A stretch of 64,000 nt of DNA. It comes from Vermamoeba vermiformis (Eukaryota). The translations under genes and the position numbers were made by a program. How positions within the stretch are numbered: position 1 is the first letter of the stretch; every line of letters starts with the position of its first letter. The notes beneath the pieces were generated by a model. It saw nothing but the letters and a program-made list of their open reading frames with translations. It searched no databases and had not been told where the DNA came from. This document shows positions 56,083 through 64,000 of the stretch, one piece after another. The stretch is from NCBI GenBank assembly GCA_045837725.1, contig JBEWZL010000075.1, positions 62,001-126,000 on the forward strand, read 5' to 3'.

Positions 56083-57468
56083 ATGGCTACTCGCGTCGTC
56101 ATCCCCGCTGATGTTTTCCAAGGCTTGGAAGCTCGCACCATCTAGTAAGTCAAATCCGCTGTTGAACAGTTTCACCAGATCGAGCATTAATATGTCACAT
56201 CAAATAGCGCCATTTGCAAGAACAGAGGTCTGACCGTGCAAAAAGAGGAGACTAAGCGCCAAATTATCGCTCGTCTCGTTGATGAAGTGACAGATCTGGG
56301 AGTGCGCCACTTGGTCTCGCAATTGAACAAGACAACCCTGGAGAACATTGCGGCTCAACTCGACATTGAACATCACTCCAAACTGGTGCTCGGCAAGCGA
56401 TTGTACGAGCGCATTGTTGAGGCTGGTGTCAGTCAGTTCTTCGAGTCTAAGGTGGCTATTGAAGACTTGCGCGAGATTTGTGACACTTTGGTACGTGGTA
56501 CTGCGACGATGACTATTCATATATATAATATTCTAATACCTCTCTGATATTAGGGCATCACTGTCGAATCCAAGGATGCCAAGTACATCGCCAAGGCTAT
56601 TTACGGTGAAGCTATGATCACCGGCTTGGAGATCCTGTTGTCGACTATGCAAACTGCTGACTTGCAGACTATGTGGTAGGTGTTGCTATTGTGCTCATAT
56701 TCAATAGCGCTGAAATAATCGATAATTGCTAGCCATGATCTCAAGCTCAAAGCAGACACTGAAAGCAAGGCCAAGCTGATGGAATGCGTCATCTTCCGTC
56801 GCAGTTACACCAAGAAGGCTACTCCCGTTACTGTTGAGCGCCGTAGTTCCAAGAAGCCCACCATTAAAGCCGGCATCCACGCCACTAACTTGCGCTCGTG
56901 GTACACCAAGCCTGAGCTCGTCGAGTGGTGCAAAGAGAACGACATTGCCTTGCTCTCCTCGCTGAAGAAGGAAGAGGTCATTCGTCGCATCTTAAAGTCC
57001 TTTGAAGAAGACAAAGAGAACTCTTCTTCTGCCGCCAACAAGAACAAATCTGCTCCTTCAAGCCCCAAGAAGAGCTCCGTCGCCAGTCCTAAGAAGACTA
57101 AGAAGGAAGAAAAGAAAGAGGAGTCTTCTGAAGAGGAAGAAGAGCCCTCTGAAAACGTTGAAATGAAAGACGAAACCTCGCAGATGGAGGTCGACGAAGA
57201 AGGCTCAGCTGAGAGCGATGCTGAAGAGACTGAGCTCGGTGATAACTTGAAGGGCAAGGTGTTTGCTATCACTGGCAAGTTTGACATGGACCGCAAAGAA
57301 ATTATCGCCTTGATCGAGAAGCGCGGCGGTTCAGTCAAGTCCACCATCACTAAAGACGTGCAATACTTGTTGTGCGCTGATGGTGACAGCGAGTCTGCTA
57401 AGGTCGTCAAGGCCAGACAAGAGGGCGTCAAGATCCTCGGTGCTGACTTCTTGAGCCAACTCGAATAA
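56083..57468 (+). CDS. Protein with helical SAP/HeH-like segments, acidic linker and C-terminal BRCT domain
   Basis: LKGKVFAITGKFDMDRKEIIALIEKRGGSVKSTITKDVQYLL...KVVKARQEGVKIL (RFC1/ligase-type BRCT); YTKPELVEWCKENDI...KKEEVIRRIL. Confidence 0.8.
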
Positions 57469-57702
57469 GATCGAGGTCAAGAAATTCTATTTTAAGACTG
57501 CAGAGTGGCCTAATACGCCTCACTAAAGTCGTTGTTGTACTACTATGAATAAACGAACAAATTCAATTCAAAAAAAGCTGTCAGAACTTGGCTTTGACTT
57601 TTTCGCGATGATTTTCTCACGGATAAAATCGGCACAAAAGAGGTGACTTTCTGTTGCTTCACAGCTGATTCGTAGGACTACACTGCTAGTAACCGTTGTA
57701 TA

Positions 57703-59339
57703 ATGAAGCGATTTACTCTATTTATTATTTATTGCTTGGCTCTCGCGCCCTTCATTTTGGCCGCGCAAGGTAAAATCCAGATCGTTGCACTGTTATGCTT
57801 TGTAATCAATCAGCTAATATATTGGCAGAGGAAGAATTTCAAAGGGGATATTTTAGTGGACGATCTGCTCATATTAGCATCGCTCCTAAATCGGTATGAA
57901 GCAATAACATTTATTTTCCGGATTAAAATATTATTATTTTTGATTGATCCATACAACGCTCAATACGAGTTTATTGACTATCAAATATTGATTAAATGCG
58001 ATTAATTAGTGCAATATGATTATTATTGATAGTAACGTATTTTCTTGAAGAAGATCGAAAATCCAAGCATAGAATTTTCAACCCCAGTTTCAGCCAGCAC
58101 TATTAAGGACACTGAAGTATTTGGTGTGATTAGCCACGAATTGTCGATGCCTAACAATGGCAATCCTTCTTTGGCTGTTACTAAGAACATTTTCTCGAAG
58201 CCATCTGCCAATCTGTTTGTTGTCATCGATGGTGTCAATACTGAAGGTACCTGACGTGCAACATGTGTCATAATATGAATATGGGCACTAACTTGCATTC
58301 ACCAGACAAGCAAGGTCTCGAGTTACAAGTCACTTCACAACCACGTGACACATCTGCTTTGCTCACCACACTGCTCTCGGGTCAACAGCCCGCACAGCAC
58401 GGCGTCACTGCCAAGCAATGGGCTCAACAGCGCCGCGTTGCCAATGTCGCTGATCTGCTCGCTGCTCGCACTCGTGGTCGCGCACTGATTGTCGGAGGTT
58501 CAGCTGACAGTGCGCTGCTCGCTGCAGTAACCGACAAGCAGCACAGCAACCCCGCGCAACTCGCTGTTGATGTGCAACAAGTGCTCGCTCAGCACTCTGC
58601 CCTCTCAGGTGTGCAATGGACTGTTGATGGCAGGCACATCACCCTCACTGTCAACGGCCAATCAGCGCGCTTTGATCTCAGCACTGAGCTCGCACTCGTC
58701 ACTGAACTGCTCACTGCCGCTGAGTGGACTCGCGCTCTCGAACACAACGACGAAGTGCGTGCCATGAGCCAGAACAGCGCTCCTGCCATGTGGTCCCTCG
58801 TCTTCAGCTCGTTGACAGGTGTCAATCAACGCTACGGCGCGCAATCCACTCAATACCGCGTTGCTCTTGCAGCCATCACGCAAGTGGTCGATGCTCTTCG
58901 CGCGCAATTGACTGCCGTGCACGGTGCTGAACGTGTCGCCGTTCAAATCGTGCGCGTGCCTCACACCTCATACAGCACTGTGGTGTCGCGCTTGAACCCC
59001 GTGTTGCAACGCGAGGCCAAGGCTGATTGGACTGCCACTCTGCCTGCCATCACTCTCACCAGTGTTGAGCGCGTAGAACTAGTCTGCACTCGTGTCCGTG
59101 AAGTCCTCGGTGCTGATTATGACGTCAACTGCCCTCGTGTTCGCGCTGCTCGTGCCGCGCAAGAGACCGCCGCTAACAACACCCCTGTCACTCAAGGTGT
59201 GTTCCAGATCTTGTTCTGGATGGGCGTCATCTTGATCATCGTTGCCATCTACGTCGTCATGAGCTTCGCTTTCATGGAAATCAAGCAAGATCCGCTCGTG
59301 TTCCGCAACACCATCAACTTGGAGAAGAAGATGAACTAA
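57703..59339 (+). CDS. ATP6AP2/renin-receptor-like type I membrane protein (V-ATPase accessory)
   Basis: Signal peptide; NIFSKPSANLFVVIDGV; C-terminal TM plus tail FQILFWMGVILIIVAIYVVMSFAFMEIKQDPLVFR. Confidence 0.7.
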
Positions 59340-59428
59340 GTCATGTGATTATAAATAACTATCGTATTTATCTTTTCGAATAAAACTCGCTTTTAATTTA
59401 CATCGGCTAATATTATTATGTACACTAA

Positions 59429-61235
59429 TTACATGATGACGCGATCACCGAGTTCGGTGCTGACGATTGCGCGGCCAAACAGACGCACATTGTCCTCGAG
59501 CTCGCGCGGCACCGCTTGTTTGGTCTCTTTGAGCAGCTTGAGCAGTTCTTTGCCGATCTTGCACTCGTACGTCAACAGACTCGTCGCCGTGCCTGGTCTG
59601 CCACCACGCGCTGCACGTCCCACGCGGTGAATGTAGTCCTCAATGGTGAGTGGCATGTCGTACAGAATCACGTGCTGAATGCTGTCAATGTCGAGGCCTC
59701 GGCTCGCGACATCAGTAGCGACCAACACATCGAGCTGATCGGACTTGAACGCGCGCATCACTTTGAATCTGAACGGCTGTGACTTGTCGCTGTGCAGTCC
59801 TGCCACGTGGAACTGTTCTATTTTTAGCAGCTGCACGAGCTGATCGACGGTGTGTTTGTTGTCTGCAAAGATGAGCACTGGCGGACGTTCAATCTTGCGC
59901 AGCACTTCGAGCAGTCGCATCTGTGACACCTGTCAGTAAAAGTGACACGTTGACATGCGGTGGCACTCACCTGTTTGTGTGCAGTGTGCACGAAGAGCAC
60001 GTGCTGTGTGAGGCCAGGCGGCAGTGGCGAGCTCAAATCTCCGACTGTGATGTGCACTGGTCGCAGCACGGCACTGCGCGCGACACGCGTGACAGCTGCT
60101 GGCATGGTGGCACTGAACAGCAGTGTTTGGCGAGGTCGACCATTGACACCTGTCAAGCTCTCATCGCAGCGCGCTAAAAATAGCCTCAGCTGTGCCTCCA
60201 TGGACGAATAAGGGTTGTCTTTGATACTTTGCGCTTCTTCTTCTGTTTCCATATTTGGTGCGAGGGTGAGGAGTCGATCGATCTCATCAAACACCAGATA
60301 GGCGAGATTGTTGAGCGGAATGTGATATCGGAGATTGTTCCGCGGGTCAGTCAACTGCAACAACCGACCAGGCGTGGCAATCAGCAGATCCACGCCACCA
60401 CGCAGCACTTCGATTTGAGATTGCGCGGAGATACCTGCGAGTCATGTCAGACGGTGCCACTACCAAATATAGACAAGTACCTCCGACGAGTCCGAGCACT
60501 CTGCGGCCCATGAGTGACTGGTGCGTGTACGGTGGCGTGTACTGGCCAGCCTGCACTGCACACTGCGCGTAGTACTCGAGCCAGCGCTGATATTGCGCGG
60601 TGTACGGCGGAATAATTGACATGCACAGCGCATAGACCTGCTCCACGAGCTCGCGTGTCGGAACAATAATTATTCCGCTCGGTCCCTGGCCTGGTGTCGC
60701 GCGCACCGTGGCAGGATGTGAGAGCAGTGCCAAATAAGGCAATAGATAGGCCAGGGTCTTGCCCGAGCCAGTCGGTGCATTGCCTAATATGTCGCGGCCG
60801 CGCAGTGCATTGCTCAACACTTCGGATTGGATCGGCGTGGGACTCTGTGCTCAGTCAGCGCTGCAACGAGGTCATAATGCAGTCACTACGCACCTGTATT
60901 CTCTTTTCTTGTAATTTAAGCAGAATTTCCTCGCTCAGTCCTGCCTCTGCGAACTCTTTGATGGGTTGTGCTGGATCTTCACCATCCACCTTTACGAGCA
61001 CCTTAGTATCTCATATAATGGACGGCGTATTTGTTTCTGAATTTACCTTAATTTTGTGACGCCGTCTGAACTCGATCAGCTCCTCTTGTGTGAATGAAAC
61101 GACATCTTGCTGCGGAGGGTTGTAATAGGACGCTACAAAGTTGTCTTCTTGTCCCGTGGACTTGTGCTTCAACTTCTTGCGCAGTGGCTCTTGTAGCTCA
61201 TTATCATCATCGAGCTGTGTGTTGTTGTTGCTCAT
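59429..61235 (-). CDS. DEAD-box RNA helicase (DEID variant), DDX41/DDX23-like
   Basis: PTPIQ; APTGSGKT; PTREL; ATPGRL; DEIDR; SAT; PPVLIF; TDVASRGLD; HRVGRAARGG. Confidence 0.9.
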
Positions 61236-61428
61236 ACTGAGTATTCTGCGAATAAGCTTTGACTACAGATCAAGGGTGTTTAACACTAACGAACAGAGCG
61301 GTGTGGCTTAAATACATCACGAATTAATATTTACATTTACATTGTACAAGTGATTCGCATTCACAGCTGAGACCGAAACAAACAGCAGATTTACAAAATA
61401 GATCCCGGCTGTGCGCACGGATCTATTA

Positions 61429-63980
61429 TTATAGGTACTTTTCAGCTGCTTGTTCCTTGCTCAAATCTTTAATCTTCTTTGCCTTGATCAGCTTCTCAGC
61501 CTTCTTCTCCAGCTGCTTCAAGTTCTCCACTTGCTTTTCAGCTTCGCGCGCAATCTTCTCGACGAACTGATCCACAAACTCCGCGAGCAAGCGATCGTTG
61601 ACGTTCCAGTTGAGGTCATTCTTAAGGGCCTTTTGAATAGCCTCCTCGCGACTATTGCTCGGCTTCCAATACTTGAATGCACTGTAGGCGGTGGTGAATG
61701 CCTCTTCGTACTGGATGTGCACGCGACGCACTTGCTGTTCGAACACGCGCAGTTGTTGCAGCAGGGTACGCGTGTCCGTGTCGAGCACCGTGCGTTGCAA
61801 GAGCGGTGCAGGCGTGGAGGAGTGGCGCGTGAGGGCCCATTCGAGTCCGACACGATAGACTTCAGGACACGCGGTGATGGCGCGGTGCACTTCGAAGGCT
61901 TGGCGCCACTGCACGCAGGCACGATAGAACTTGTAGCCCCAGGGGGACATGAGCGAGAGCGGCGAGCCCATGTAGACAAAGAAGGTGCTGAAGTTGGTGA
62001 GTGCCGCGAGTCCGTCGTGTCCAAACAGCACTTGACGCAGCTTGTGGTGCGAGATGTACTTGAAGAAGTTCTTGGGCATCGAGTGGATCACTTCGGGACC
62101 GTTGGGGGCCACAAAGCGCAGCAGATCTGCGTCCTCATGCAAGTTCTTGAGCAGCAGCGCGAACAAGATCATCTCTTCTATAAAGTTGGTCGGCTTCTTC
62201 CAGTTGATGTTGGGCTCGAACTGACTGCGGTGCATCTTGTCCACGTACAGCCCGCGCAACAGGTGACTGTGCTGCAGATTGTCCACTGCAGCATCGTACA
62301 GATCGATCACGTGATCGCCGTAGCCTGCCAAGCACGTGACTGTCACGCCGTAGCTGAGAATGTTCTGCAGTGCTGCGAGCATGAGTTCGTGTTCGTGACT
62401 GAGTGCGAAGGGTGCCGTGTTGAGCTGATGTTTGTGCGGGGCTGTGCTGCACATCTGCTGCACCATCAACACCTCGCGCGAGGAGTGGTGCCACAGACCT
62501 GCCATCGACAAGATGCTCACACTCTGACGGCGCTCCGTGGGCTTGGAGACAATGCCGTGCGTGATCAAGTGATTGGCGACGATGATGGCAAGTGGCACTG
62601 CTTGCGAGTGTGCAATGAACCACACCAGATCTGCGTCTTGCAGATTGCTCTTCAACACGGGATCTGCTTGCACACGCACCAGATAGTTCTCCAAGCGTTG
62701 TGCCACAGTGCCCTCATTCGCGAGAGGGTGCGCGTAGACGTGTTCGAGGGCGGGACACATTTCACGCAGGGCACGCTCCGCTTGTTCCACGTAGAGCTGC
62801 ACTTCGCGCTCCTTCCAGTTGCGCGGTGGATAGGTGCCATCATCGACTTCGAGCACGGCTTGACGATCATTCACGGCCAGCAGGGGCCAGCCATTCAGTG
62901 CCACCAAGCACACTCGCTTCACGCGCAACAAGTCCTCACGACACAGCTCTGACGTGTAGCCAGGCACGTACACCGTGGAGCCCTTGCGTGGTCCAGTCAC
63001 ACCCTGACGCCGTGCAGTGCCGCGCGGATTGTCGCCGAGTCCACGCAATCGTCGCTGTCGCTCTCGGTCCTCATCCTGTGCAGCTGCGCTGGGAGTGCGT
63101 CGATAGGAGGACTGGCGCGAGAAGAGGCCCGCGATGTTGTTGTTGCTGATGCTCTCGCGTGCAGCGTAGTGTTCCTCTTCGGAGGAGGAGAGCTCAAACT
63201 TCTCCATCTTGAACTTGAGCACATCCAGTTCGTGACTCATCTTGCGTGTCTCGCTGTCGCTCTTGTGCTTCAAGACCTCAATGTTGCTGCGCAGTTCGCT
63301 GATCTGTTCCTTCATCTCGCTCTTGTCGCTCTCGTAGTTCTTCAAGTGCTGCTTCAGACCCTCCACCAAGATCGGCACCAGATCTGCGTAGTTGACCGAG
63401 AGATAGCCATTGCGGTCCTCGTGCACCACTTCAGGCAGCACACGACGCACTTCCTGCGCGATCAGACCAATCACTTTGCGTCCTCCGACTTCATTGGCCA
63501 CCAGCTCGTCCTTCCACTGGTAGCGCTTGCCTTGCAGTCGAGTCACAATATCGAGCGCGTCCATAATGTCCTCGGTGTTAGTCTTGAGGCGTATGTCGCT
63601 GTACTGCAAGTAGCCCTTGGCGCGCACGACACCTTGCACATCCAGCGAACCTGGGACCACGTGATCGAAGCCTGTCTCTGGCGCCTCTTGGATCTGATCT
63701 AACTTGCGCTTCTTCTCCACGGGGGCTGTGTATTCAATATGCTCCTCTAATGTACCGCACTGGTGAGCACACAAACGACACTTTATCTAGATCCGAACTT
63801 ACCTTTGACTTCTAACAGAGGGTTGGGCGAAGAAGAGAGCGGCGAGCTATTAGAGAATGAAGGTGATGCAGACAGTGGTTGAGGGTGCGCTAATGGCGAG
63901 GCACCGCTCGCGGAGCTGAATGAATGGCTCGCTGAATCTGGTTGCTGATCGCTGTCAGGAGAACTCATTTCATATTCCAT
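61429..63980 (-). CDS. Peptidase_S74 (intramolecular chaperone auto-processing) domain + coiled coil + YML020W-like alpha/beta-hydrolase fusion; 5' end may lie beyond the window
   Basis: YSDIRLKTN...LQGKRYQW...GLIAQEV..VLPEVV...LSVNY..LVPILVEGLK; heptad region; VALNGWP, LANEGTVAQR, ADLVWFIAHSQAVP, SILSMAG. Frame stays open to base 64000. Confidence 0.82.
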
Positions 63981-64000
63981 CTCAGCACTCGCCACTGGTG

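Noticed and set aside
61450-62952. 500-aa plus-strand ORF
   Set aside because: Antisense shadow of the S74/hydrolase gene; no recognisable protein features.

Overview
Gene-dense (about 29 genes in 64 kb), intron-rich nuclear DNA of a microbial eukaryote using the standard genetic code. Most introns are 40-90 nt GT-AG with CTAAC/CTAAT-like branch sites; first introns are longer and AT-rich. The gene set (two-domain WRKY, DP, Peptidase_S74 protein) and architecture suggest an amoebozoan, but this is inference. Genes in order: sterol-type glycosyltransferase, cytochrome P450, ABCC transporter, gamma-tubulin, DDX41, two unknowns, RRP15, ankyrin protein, bL17-type ribosomal protein, JmjC/zf-4CXXC_R1/PWWP chromatin protein, divergent Sec23, F-box/TMEM185-like protein, two unknowns, RPB4, SAPS/PP6R, MnmA/TRMU, TOP1, NOP16, WRKY, DP, mitochondrial carrier, RRM protein, APC2, BRCT protein, ATP6AP2-like protein, a second DDX41-like helicase, and a self-cleaving S74 chaperone/alpha-beta hydrolase fusion. 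The most notable signals are a strongly over-represented gene-body palindrome TGACAnnTGTCA (12 copies found by eye), the S74-hydrolase fusion, the JmjC-zf-4CXXC_R1-PWWP fusion, a UGT-CYP-ABCC cluster and one U12-like intron. Gene models were spliced by hand, so coordinates span start to stop including introns. No tRNA, rRNA, CRISPR array or transposase was recognised.
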